Of a stretch of 64,000 bases of DNA, positions 9,118-18,100 are shown piece after piece; positions within the stretch are counted from its first letter, which is position 1, and each line of letters begins with the position of its first letter. The notes beneath the pieces were generated by a model. The model saw only the letters and a list, made by a program, of their open reading frames with translations. It was not told the DNA's origin and ran no database searches. The position numbers and the translations under genes were made by a program. The stretch is from positions 2,236 to 66,235 of the forward strand of contig JAUSKP010000048.1 in NCBI GenBank assembly GCA_030646555.1, in the 5' to 3' direction. The stretch comes from a bacterium. Lineage in GTDB: Bacteria > Patescibacteriota > Minisyncoccia > UBA6257 > 02-FULL-45-10c.

Positions 9118-10125
9118 ATGTTTAATCGTAAAATAGGAATAGATCTTGGGACGGCAAATACAATCGTTTTTGTTTCGGGTAAGGGCTTTATTATTAATGA
9201 GCCTACAATTGTGGCCTTGAGCAAACCAGATAACACTGTTTTGGCTGTCGGCAGGGAAGCAAAAGAAATGATTGGTAGAACACCGGCGGATTTAATGGCG
9301 TATAGGCCGTTAAAAGATGGCGTGATAGCGGATTACTATATCACTAAGGCAATGCTTAGGTATTTTATTTCCAGGGCCAATGGAAGATTTAATCTGTTTA
9401 AACCCGATGTGGTTATATCTTCTCCTGCTGGCATCACCCCGACTGAAAGGAGGGCGGTTATGAACGCCGCGCGTGAAGCGGGCGCCAAAGAGGCATATAT
9501 CGTCAAAGAACCGATTCTGGCGGCATTAGGAGCAGGAATACCTATTAATGCCTATTCCGGAAGCATGATTATTAACATCGGCGGCGGAACATCCGAGGTG
9601 GCCGTTGTTTCTTTAGGGGGTATAGTTTCTTGGTCCAGTCTCCGCATTGCCGGTAATAAATTTGATCAAGTAATTACGGATTATATTAAGAAAAAATATT
9701 CTCTCGCCATTGGCGAACAGACAGCTGAACAGGTTAAGATCCAGATCGGATCGGCTTTGCCGACCAAGGATAAATTAGAATATCAGTTAAGAGGAAGGGA
9801 TCTCATCTCCGGACTTCCAAAAGATATAATTGTAAATTCCAACGAAATAGCGGAAGCTTTGACACCTCATCTTATTGATATAGCCGCTTCCGTTCAAAAT
9901 GTTTTCAACGAAACTCCTCCGGAACTTGTGGCGGATATTATGGAAAAAGGAATTATTGTTTCCGGCGGAGGCGCGATGCTTAGAAATATTGATGAATTTT
10001 TTAAACGAATGACTGGTGTGCAGACATATATCGCTGACGAGCCCTTGTTCTGCGTAGCAAAAGGCGCCGGAATTATCCTGACTCATTTGGATGTTTATAA
10101 GAGAACATTGCTTAATAAAAGATAA
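9118..10125 (+). CDS. mreB: Rod shape-determining protein MreB (paralog 1)
   Basis: IGIDLGTAN, RPLKDGVIAD, NIGGGTSE and TPPELVADI motifs. Confidence 0.95.
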   Translation: MFNRKIGIDLGTANTIVFVSGKGFIINEPTIVALSKPDNTVLAVGREAKEMIGRTPADLMAYRPLKDGVIADYYITKAMLRYFISRANGRFNLFKPDVVISSPAGITPTERRAVMNAAREAGAKEAYIVKEPILAALGAGIPINAYSGSMIINIGGGTSEVAVVSLGGIVSWSSLRIAGNKFDQVITDYIKKKYSLAIGEQTAEQVKIQIGSALPTKDKLEYQLRGRDLISGLPKDIIVNSNEIAEALTPHLIDIAASVQNVFNETPPELVADIMEKGIIVSGGGAMLRNIDEFFKRMTGVQTYIADEPLFCVAKGAGIILTHLDVYKRTLLNKR

Positions 10126-10135
10126 AAATTAAGCA

Positions 10136-10951
10136 ATGCTTTGCGGACATAAAGATCTAAAAGAAAGTTTTTTTATTTTAGCTAAAAGGGGGAGTCTCTC
10201 TCACGGCTATATTTTTTTTGGAGAGCCACAAGTTGGTAAATTCAGTTTTGCTCTGTCACTGGCTAATTTTTTGGAAGCTGGCGATTTCAACTCAAAAGGA
10301 AAAATGCTTTCCGAAGTTTTAATCATAAAAGACTCCGGTATTGATTGCGTGAGAGAAATTAAGAATTTTCTGTGGCAAAAACCCCAAAATTCTCAAAAAA
10401 GGACCGTAATTATAGACAATGCGGACTTGTTAACTGCGGAAGCGCAGAGCGCCATTTTAAAAATAACCGAGGAACCCCCAGAACACGCTTTAATAATTTT
10501 GGTTGTCAGCAATCTGAATAATATTTTGCCGCCAATTCTTTCCAGACTGCAAAAAATATATTTCCCAAGAATAAGCAAAAATGAGATTAGTGAGTTTTTG
10601 ATAAAAGATATAGGTGTTAAAAAAGATAAAGCCGAAGAACTAGCAGTTCTTGCTTATGGCAGGCCAGGGAGGGCTATGAACCTGATAAATAACAAAGAAT
10701 TATCAGAAATAGATGAGTTGGCTCAAAAATTTTTAAGATTCACTGGTCTTAACAGATCACAATTCATTAAAAAGTTAGTTGATGATCAAAAAGAAAAACC
10801 GGAAATATTAGATCAATTTTTTGAAAGTCTGATTGTTATATTAAGAAAAGATCCTGTAAAAAATCATCAAATGATTAAGTCGATTTTAAGTAGACTATTT
10901 TTGATAAAAAGTTATAATGTTAACAAACGTTTACAAATTGAAGCAATATAA
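10136..10951 (+). CDS. holB: DNA polymerase III delta' subunit
   Basis: HGYIFFGEPQVGK, IIDNADLLTAEAQSAILKITEEPP and ILSRLQ motifs. Confidence 0.85.
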   Translation: MLCGHKDLKESFFILAKRGSLSHGYIFFGEPQVGKFSFALSLANFLEAGDFNSKGKMLSEVLIIKDSGIDCVREIKNFLWQKPQNSQKRTVIIDNADLLTAEAQSAILKITEEPPEHALIILVVSNLNNILPPILSRLQKIYFPRISKNEISEFLIKDIGVKKDKAEELAVLAYGRPGRAMNLINNKELSEIDELAQKFLRFTGLNRSQFIKKLVDDQKEKPEILDQFFESLIVILRKDPVKNHQMIKSILSRLFLIKSYNVNKRLQIEAI

Positions 10952-10962
10952 AATATAAAAAA

Positions 10963-11511
10963 ATGGATATTACTAAAGAATTGGACGCAAAACTTAAGAA
11001 CTTTTTAGAATTTCTTAAAACCGAATTCCAAACTATAAGAAGCAACAGGCCTTCAGCCAGAATGGTTGAGGACATAAAAGTTGAATATTTTGGCCAATTG
11101 ACTCCAATTAAGGCATTGGGTTCTATATCTATAGTTCCGCCGAGAGAAATAAATATTTCGGTTTGGGATGCAACCGTGGCTGGTGCAGTGGCAAAAGCTA
11201 TTGAAAATTCTTCTTTAAAGATTGGGGCCAGTATTACCGGCAATTTAATTAGGGTAAGTTTGCCATCTTTAACAGAAGAGAGAAGAAAAGAATTGGAAAA
11301 AGTTATCAGAAAAATAACAGAGGAAACTAAAATAAAAATTCGTGGCGCTCGAGATGATTCAAATAAGAGTATTAAAAAAATGGAGGACGAGGATGTTTTT
11401 TCAGAAGATGTGGCCTTTAAGAAAAAAGAAGAAGTGCAAAAGATTGTAGACAGATACAACGGGGAAGTAGATAAGGTGCTCGGAGCGAAAATTAAGGAGA
11501 TATTTGAGTAG
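10963..11511 (+). CDS. frr: Ribosome recycling factor
   Basis: TIRSNRPS, VEYFGQLTP and LPSLTEERRKEL motifs. Confidence 0.95.
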   Translation: MDITKELDAKLKNFLEFLKTEFQTIRSNRPSARMVEDIKVEYFGQLTPIKALGSISIVPPREINISVWDATVAGAVAKAIENSSLKIGASITGNLIRVSLPSLTEERRKELEKVIRKITEETKIKIRGARDDSNKSIKKMEDEDVFSEDVAFKKKEEVQKIVDRYNGEVDKVLGAKIKEIFE

Positions 11512-11528
11512 GGTTAAAAATAGTTTTT

Positions 11529-12548
11529 ATGGGAATAATTGTTTTTTTAGGACTTTCTTTTGTTGTTATAGTGCACGAACTTGGGCATTTTTTAATGTCT
11601 AAGTTTTTTGGTGTTGCTGTTGAAGAATTTGGAATAGGTTTTCCGCCCAGAATTTGGAGCAAGAAAATAAAAGAAACAATTTATAGCTTCAATTGGATCT
11701 TGTGGGGAGGCTTTCTCAAAATAAACGGCTTAAGGTCCGAAGTGGAAAGAAAAGATCTTCCGCCTCACACCAGTTTTATGCGTCAGAGTTTTTGGAAAAA
11801 GGCGCTGATAATCGCCGGGGGCGTCATGATAAATTTCTTTTTAGGATGGTTCTTGCTTTTTATAGTTATGACCTTGGGAATCCCGCAGGGTATTTTTGTG
11901 GCGGATATAAAGCCCGAGAGCTTGGCTTACTATTCCGGGTTCCAAAAAGGAGATTTAATATTAAATTTTCAGAATGCCGATGAATTCAATAGTTATTTAA
12001 AGGAAAGCGCCGGAAAAGAAGCAGATTTTAAAGTAAAAAGGGATGGTTCTGAAAAGAATATATCAGTTCTTTTTCCGGAAGAAAGCTCTAAAACAGGAGA
12101 AATATTAGGAATTTATTATAGCGAGACAGGTACGCCAAAAACCGGGATAGTGGAAGGTGTCATTGAAAGTTTTAAAACTGCGTGTGGTTTAGTTATTTCC
12201 TATCTGGGTGGATATATTTCTTTAATTGGCAGATTATTTACGGATTCTTCGGCTATTCAAAGTTTAGTGGGTCCAGTCGGTCTTTTTGCCATGGGATCAT
12301 TAGTTTCTAAAGCGGGACTGGTTTATTTTCTTCAGCTTCTGGCTTTTCTCTCTATAAATCTTGTAATTTTTAATTTTTTGCCATTCCCAATGCTGGATGG
12401 CGGGTGGTTTATAGTGATTTTAATTGAAAAAATAAAAGGTTCTCCTGTAAGCCAAAAAACTGAAATGATAGTGAATGGATTTGGCTTTATTGTTCTTTTT
12501 TCTTTATTTGTATTTACGACAATTAAGGACGTGATCGGTCTTTTTTAG
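11529..12548 (+). CDS. rseP: Site-2 (M50) zinc metalloprotease with PDZ domain, RseP-like
   Basis: HELGH, EFGIGF and NFLPFPMLDGG motifs. Confidence 0.9.
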   Translation: MGIIVFLGLSFVVIVHELGHFLMSKFFGVAVEEFGIGFPPRIWSKKIKETIYSFNWILWGGFLKINGLRSEVERKDLPPHTSFMRQSFWKKALIIAGGVMINFFLGWFLLFIVMTLGIPQGIFVADIKPESLAYYSGFQKGDLILNFQNADEFNSYLKESAGKEADFKVKRDGSEKNISVLFPEESSKTGEILGIYYSETGTPKTGIVEGVIESFKTACGLVISYLGGYISLIGRLFTDSSAIQSLVGPVGLFAMGSLVSKAGLVYFLQLLAFLSINLVIFNFLPFPMLDGGWFIVILIEKIKGSPVSQKTEMIVNGFGFIVLFSLFVFTTIKDVIGLF

Positions 12549-12594
12549 ATTTGTTTTATCACCGTTTTTCGCTTAAAATATTAGTACTAGTAAA

Positions 12595-13851
12595 ATGAAA
12601 CAATCTCAATTATTTGCAAAGACATCGAGGAAACTTTCTGAAAGTGAGGCATCTAAAAATGCCCAATTTTTACTTAGAGGGGGATTCATAGATAAATCTT
12701 CCGCCGGAGTTTATACCCTGCTTCCTTTGGGCTTGAGAGTTTTAGAAAAAATAAATAAGATTATTCGAGAAGAAATAAATGCCATTGGCGCAGAAGAGCT
12801 TTTGATGCCTTCTTTGATCCAGAAAAAATATTGGGAAAAGTCTGGAAGATGGGGAGTGGATGTTATTTACAAAACTTCAACCGGCACAGAAAATAAAGAT
12901 AAAAAAGATTTTGAATATGGCCTTGGCTGGACTCACGAAGAAGTCATCTCGGCCATAGCCGTAAAGTTCATTAATTCTTATAAAGATCTTCCTAAGGCCG
13001 CCTATCAGATTCAAACTAAGTTCAGAGCCGAGGCAAGGCCTCAAGCCGGACTTTTGCGCGGACGCGAATTTTCAATGAAAGACTTGTACAGTTTCCACGA
13101 ATCAAAAGAAGATTTGGATAATTATTATGAAAAAGTTATCAATGCCTACAAAAATATATTTAAGAGACTTGGTCTTAAAACTTTAATTTGTGAAACTGGG
13201 GGCGGGGACTTTACGAAAGAATATACCCATGAATTTCAAGTTCTCAATCCCGCCGGAGAAGATACTATTTTTTATTGCGAAAAGTGCGGTTTCGGCCAAA
13301 ATCAGGAAGTTTATAAGCCCGAAGCTCATAAAAATTGCAAAAATCCAATACAATCTGGCAGAGCTATTGAAGTGGGTAATATTTTCAAGTTGGGAATCAA
13401 GTTTTCCGAAGCTTTTGGAATTTCATTTTTGAATAAAAACGGCGAGAAAAAACCGGTAATAATGGGCTCTTACGGAATTGGACCAACCAGAGTTTTAGGA
13501 ACCATCGTAGAGGAGTTCAGTGATGAATATGGGATTATTTGGCCTGAAACAGTAGCTCCATTTCAAGTTCACTTAGTTGAATTAAGCGGTAAAGATTCGG
13601 ATGGCAAAGTAACTAAGGCAGCTATGGCCTTATATGAAAAACTAGTTAAGAATGATATTGAGGTATTGTATGATGACAGAGACGCTTCAACGGGAGAAAA
13701 ACTTAATGACGCGGATCTGATGGGGATTCCGAATAGGGTGGTAATCAGTGAAAAAACGTTGGCTGCCAAAAAAATTGAATTAAAAATAAGAGGATCCAAA
13801 AAAACTGATCTGATCTCTGAAGCAGAACTAATTAAAATTTTACAAAAATGA
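12595..13851 (+). CDS. proS: Prolyl-tRNA synthetase (short form, no large editing insert)
   Basis: YQIQTKFRAEARPQAGLLRGREFSMKD, IEVGNIFKLG and MGSYGIG motifs. 418 aa. Confidence 0.95.
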   Translation: MKQSQLFAKTSRKLSESEASKNAQFLLRGGFIDKSSAGVYTLLPLGLRVLEKINKIIREEINAIGAEELLMPSLIQKKYWEKSGRWGVDVIYKTSTGTENKDKKDFEYGLGWTHEEVISAIAVKFINSYKDLPKAAYQIQTKFRAEARPQAGLLRGREFSMKDLYSFHESKEDLDNYYEKVINAYKNIFKRLGLKTLICETGGGDFTKEYTHEFQVLNPAGEDTIFYCEKCGFGQNQEVYKPEAHKNCKNPIQSGRAIEVGNIFKLGIKFSEAFGISFLNKNGEKKPVIMGSYGIGPTRVLGTIVEEFSDEYGIIWPETVAPFQVHLVELSGKDSDGKVTKAAMALYEKLVKNDIEVLYDDRDASTGEKLNDADLMGIPNRVVISEKTLAAKKIELKIRGSKKTDLISEAELIKILQK

Positions 13852-14894
13852 AAATTTTCGATTATTTTTCAAAAAATATAGGAATTGATCTCGGCACAGC
13901 TAATTCGCTTATTTATCTGGCCGGCAAAGGCATGGTTATAAACGAGCCTTCAATTGCCGCCATCAATAATAAAACCGGACAAATAGTGGCCATCGGAGAA
14001 GAGGCTAAAAAAATGATTGGCAGAACCCCGCTTCACATTACCGTTATCAGACCGCTTATCAATGGCGTTATTTCTGACTTTGAAATGACCCAAGAAATGC
14101 TCAATTTTTTGCTTAAAAAAGCAGTTGGACCGTCAAATTTTTTAAATTTTAACAAAGCCGTCATAGGCGTACCCAGTAATCTTACTGAAGTTGAGCGTAA
14201 ATCTGTTGAAGATGCGGTGATCGGCGCCGGAGCCAGCAAAGTTTATATCGTTGAAGAGCCACTTTTGGCCGCTTTAGGAGCTAAAATGCCGATAGATGAG
14301 CCAACTTCTAATATGATCATTGATATCGGAGGGGGCACTACTGAAATAGCGGTAATTTCTATGGGCGGCATAGTAAATGCTAAGAGTATTAAAATTGCAG
14401 GTGATAAATTAAATGAAGATATTGTCAGATTTATCCGGGACGAATTTCATTTGGCTATCGGCGAACCTACAGCCGAAGAACTGAAAATAAATATCGGATC
14501 AGCGTTGCCACTAGACCAAAAGATGGACTTGCCCATAAGGGGAAGGGATATGACAACGGGACTTCCAAGAGAAATTATTGTCAGAGATACGCATATCAGA
14601 ATGGCAATTTCTAAATCTTTAAAAATAATCATAGATTCAATAAAAGAAACCATAGAAACGACTCCACCAGAATTAGTCGGAGACGTTCTTAAGAGAGGTA
14701 TCTTTATTTGCGGCGGGGGGAGCTTGTTGAAAGGCATAGATAAATTAGTTGAAAAGGAAATAACTGTAACCACCAGAATCGTTGAGGATCCATTAACCTG
14801 CGTTGCAAGGGGGGCCGGAATGATAGCCGAAAATCTCATTAAATATTCTTACCTGGTAAATAATCCTTTGAGACCCAAAGAGATTAAAATATAA
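13848..14894 (+). CDS. mreB: Rod shape-determining protein MreB (paralog 2)
   Basis: IGIDLGTAN, DIGGGTTE and TPPELVGD motifs. Heads the mreC-mreD-pbp2 cluster. Confidence 0.95.
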   Translation: MKIFDYFSKNIGIDLGTANSLIYLAGKGMVINEPSIAAINNKTGQIVAIGEEAKKMIGRTPLHITVIRPLINGVISDFEMTQEMLNFLLKKAVGPSNFLNFNKAVIGVPSNLTEVERKSVEDAVIGAGASKVYIVEEPLLAALGAKMPIDEPTSNMIIDIGGGTTEIAVISMGGIVNAKSIKIAGDKLNEDIVRFIRDEFHLAIGEPTAEELKINIGSALPLDQKMDLPIRGRDMTTGLPREIIVRDTHIRMAISKSLKIIIDSIKETIETTPPELVGDVLKRGIFICGGGSLLKGIDKLVEKEITVTTRIVEDPLTCVARGAGMIAENLIKYSYLVNNPLRPKEIKI

Positions 14895-14940
14895 GGGCTT
14901 TGTCTGAGTCTTGCGAAGCGAGACGAAGCTACAAAACCTT

Positions 14941-14997
14941 ACCCTGTTAAATAATCCGTCAGTTGACGGATTGCCGCTAGGCGGCATTTAACAGGGT
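14941..14997. repeat. Palindromic element with ACCCTGTTAAAT...ATTTAACAGGGT termini and two internal hairpins
   Basis: 12-bp terminal inverted repeat. The same termini occur at 29503-29561. Confidence 0.8.
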
Positions 14998-15112
14998 GCT
15001 CAAATTTATTAGCCCGCTAAAATAGTTAACTGATTTAGTTAAAAAACAAAAAATCTAGATATTATGTGCTATTATCAAAAATTTATAATTAATTTAGCAG
15101 GATAAATTTGGC

Positions 15113-15799
15113 ATGATCTTTATCCGTTTTGCGATAATTGCGGTCTTGCTGATTTTATTATTCAGTAATAATTTAATTTTTGTTAAAAATTTATTTTCAC
15201 CTTCATTAAACGCTAAAAATGAAATTGAAAGATTGGCGCTAGAAAATGATTCTTTAAAAACAGAGCTTTATATTGCTGAAAATCTAAGCGGAAAAGAGCT
15301 TAGCGACGGCAAATGGGAGTATTTTTATTCAAAGATATTTTCTTCTTATCCGTTCAATGATCAAAATTTGATAGGCATAGCTAGCGGTGAAATAAGCGGC
15401 ATTCAGCAGTATCAAGCCGTTGCTGCCGCCCCAGGTGTTTTATTGGGGCAGATCATAAAAGTTAATAAAAATACCGCTCTAGTCAGAACGATTTTTGATA
15501 AGGATTTCATTGCTGCCGTTAAAATTGGGGAGAATAAAACCGACGCTTTATTGAAAGGAGGCATTCCTCCGACTCTGGAGATGATTGAGAAAAGTAAAAC
15601 CATTAAAAATGGGGAAGTTGTTTATAATGCGGATAAAAATTATCCATATGGCTTTAAGTTAGGTGAGGTTCAAATAGTTGAAAATAAAAATACAGATACT
15701 GCCGGATTATTTCAAAAAGCATATCTAAGAGTCGATTACAGCATCGCCTTGTTAGAAGATGCCTTAATCATAAAAAACTTTGAAGTTCTAAAAAATTAA
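15113..15799 (+). CDS. mreC: Rod shape-determining protein MreC
   Basis: TM plus coiled coil (ALENDSLK), LLGQI and PYGFKLG. Sits between mreB and mreD. Confidence 0.85.
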   Translation: MIFIRFAIIAVLLILLFSNNLIFVKNLFSPSLNAKNEIERLALENDSLKTELYIAENLSGKELSDGKWEYFYSKIFSSYPFNDQNLIGIASGEISGIQQYQAVAAAPGVLLGQIIKVNKNTALVRTIFDKDFIAAVKIGENKTDALLKGGIPPTLEMIEKSKTIKNGEVVYNADKNYPYGFKLGEVQIVENKNTDTAGLFQKAYLRVDYSIALLEDALIIKNFEVLKN

Positions 15800-15815
15800 T
15801 TTATATTGATCTAGT

Positions 15816-16271
15816 ATGAAAGAGAGGATGGCATTTTTTTTAGACATAACGTTGGTTTCTATGATCGGTTTAGCGCAGAGCGCCTCTCTTATAATTTTTA
15901 GCGGCGTAAAACCCAATCTTATTTTGGCGGTATTGGTTGTTTTGCTCTTTTCCGAAAAAGAATTTTGGAAATACTTAATTTTAGTCTTGGTCTCTTTAAT
16001 TTGTTTAGATTATTCTGTTTTTATCTCAAAAGAAGTGGTTCTTTTTGGAGTAATAATGCTCTCAGCTTTTTATTTTAAAAAATATTTAAGTGAAAATACA
16101 TATTTAAATTTTTTCTTACTCACTTCAATTTTAACAGCAATGCTTTACCTGCTCGTTGATTACAAGTTCATTTTTAACAATTTCGGCTTATTTTTATGGG
16201 AACTATTTTATAATGTATTAATAAGTTTGGCCTTCGGATTTTTGTATAAAGGATTAAATGGCAAAGAATAA
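15816..16271 (+). CDS. mreD: MreD-like membrane protein
   Basis: Multi-TM protein with 'GVKPNLIL' motif, located between mreC and PBP2. Confidence 0.7.
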   Translation: MKERMAFFLDITLVSMIGLAQSASLIIFSGVKPNLILAVLVVLLFSEKEFWKYLILVLVSLICLDYSVFISKEVVLFGVIMLSAFYFKKYLSENTYLNFFLLTSILTAMLYLLVDYKFIFNNFGLFLWELFYNVLISLAFGFLYKGLNGKE

Positions 16272-18096
16272 TTTTTCATCAAAGGAAGAAGTTTTTTTTG
16301 AAGAAGCTGTTTTTGACAGCTTTTCTTCGCATAAAAATTTAAATCATTTAGAGCTCCCTGTATCTAAAAAAGCTTTTGCCTTGATCGCTGCGGCGGCAAT
16401 TTTAATAGCCGGGGTAGTTTTTTTGAGGGTGTTGTATTTGAGCTCATTTATGGGGGGATTTTATAGCCTCAGATCGGAAGCCAATGTCGGCAAGGAAATT
16501 TATAATCCGAGCAATAGGGGTATCATTTACGATCGTTATGGAGAACCGTTGGTGGAAAATATTCCGGCTTTTGCTGTTTCTTTAAAAATTAAAGATTTTT
16601 CAGAAAATTCTGAAGCAGAAAAACAAGCCCTTTCCGATATATTAGAGATACCTCTATTAGAAATTGGAAATAAAATTTCCGGTCAGAACATAGAAAGATC
16701 CCCATCTTTTATTTTGGCTAGAGATGTTGATTCAGAAAAAATAATAAGCTTAAAAGCTTTAAATCTAAAAGGCGTTGAAATAATAGACGATTATAAACGC
16801 CAATATATTGACGGACCGGCTTTTTCTCACGTTTTAGGTTATACAGGTATGAGCGATAAAAGCAATGAAATAATAGGAAAAACCGGAATAGAGCTGTCTT
16901 ATGATGATATTTTAAAAGGGACTGACGGCAAAACTATCGTTTATAGAGATGCAAAGGGCAATATTTTTGATAAAAAGATAGTTGAAGAGCCTAAGAATGG
17001 GGAAAGCATAACGCTCACAATAGACGCTGATCTGCAAAATTATTTTTATAATAGCCTCAACCAAGCATTGATAAATTTAGGAAGAAATTCGGCTGTGGGC
17101 CTAGCTATCAATCCCCAAAATGGAGAAGTTCTGTCCCTTATCAGTCTGCCGAGTTTTGACAATAATATTTTTTCCAGATCGAGAAATAACGCGGAAAAAA
17201 ATAGAATTTTAAATTCTGTCTATGCTCCGCTTTTCAATAAAGCTATTTCCGGCGCTTATACGCCGGCTTCAACCATAAAACCAATGGTGGGACTGGCGGC
17301 CTTAGCAGAGGGTCTTATTGATCCAAAAAAACAAATTCTTTCTATTGGCTATATTGAAATACCAAATCCATATGATTCTACAAAGCCAAGCAGATTTTTA
17401 GACTGGAAGGCAAATGGCTGGGTGGATCTTTATTCGGCTCTGGCAAGATCCAGCAACGTTTATTTTTACGAAGTTGGCGGAGGATTTGAAGACCAAAAAG
17501 GCTTGGGAATTGATAAGCTTAAAGAGTATTGGCAAAAATTCGGTTTGGGCAAGAAAACAGGAATTGATTTGCCCAGCGAAGCCGAAGGTTTTTTGCCGGA
17601 TCCGGTTCAAAAAGAAGCCGATAAAAATGATATTTGGAGAATAGGCGATACATATAACGTCAGTATCGGGCAGGGAGATCTGTTGGTTACGCCAATCCAA
17701 TTAATTTCCCAGATTGCGGCCATAGGAAACGGCGGTTATTTTTATAAGCCGCATGTATTAAAAGATGCGGCCAGTGAAACTTTAATAGATTTTAGCAATC
17801 TAGGAAATTATATAAAAGAAATTAAAAGGGGAATGGGCGATGCAGTAAGCAAACATTATGGCACGGCGAATATGCTTAGCAGTATACCAGTGGGCATAGG
17901 CGCTAAAACAGGAAGTTCGCAGGTTTCTAATAATTTGAAAACAAATGCATTTTTTGTAGGATTTATGCCGCTGGAAAATCCGCAAATAGCAATTTTAGTT
18001 TTAATTGAAAATGCGAAAGAAGGCAGTCTGAACGCGGTTCCTGTCGCTAAGGATGTCTTGGAATGGTATTATTGGAACAGAATAGTTAATCTATAA
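16258..18096 (+). CDS. mrdA: Penicillin-binding protein 2 (class B transpeptidase)
   Basis: RGIIYDRYG, SxxK (STIK), SxN (SSN) and KTG motifs. Confidence 0.93.
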   Translation: MAKNNFSSKEEVFFEEAVFDSFSSHKNLNHLELPVSKKAFALIAAAAILIAGVVFLRVLYLSSFMGGFYSLRSEANVGKEIYNPSNRGIIYDRYGEPLVENIPAFAVSLKIKDFSENSEAEKQALSDILEIPLLEIGNKISGQNIERSPSFILARDVDSEKIISLKALNLKGVEIIDDYKRQYIDGPAFSHVLGYTGMSDKSNEIIGKTGIELSYDDILKGTDGKTIVYRDAKGNIFDKKIVEEPKNGESITLTIDADLQNYFYNSLNQALINLGRNSAVGLAINPQNGEVLSLISLPSFDNNIFSRSRNNAEKNRILNSVYAPLFNKAISGAYTPASTIKPMVGLAALAEGLIDPKKQILSIGYIEIPNPYDSTKPSRFLDWKANGWVDLYSALARSSNVYFYEVGGGFEDQKGLGIDKLKEYWQKFGLGKKTGIDLPSEAEGFLPDPVQKEADKNDIWRIGDTYNVSIGQGDLLVTPIQLISQIAAIGNGGYFYKPHVLKDAASETLIDFSNLGNYIKEIKRGMGDAVSKHYGTANMLSSIPVGIGAKTGSSQVSNNLKTNAFFVGFMPLENPQIAILVLIENAKEGSLNAVPVAKDVLEWYYWNRIVNL

Positions 18097-18100
18097 TAAA

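Noticed and set aside
14899-14935. ctgag...cgaag hairpin resembling a hammerhead ribozyme core
   Set aside because: It lacks CUGANGA, GAAA and the third stem, and is more likely another short palindromic repeat.
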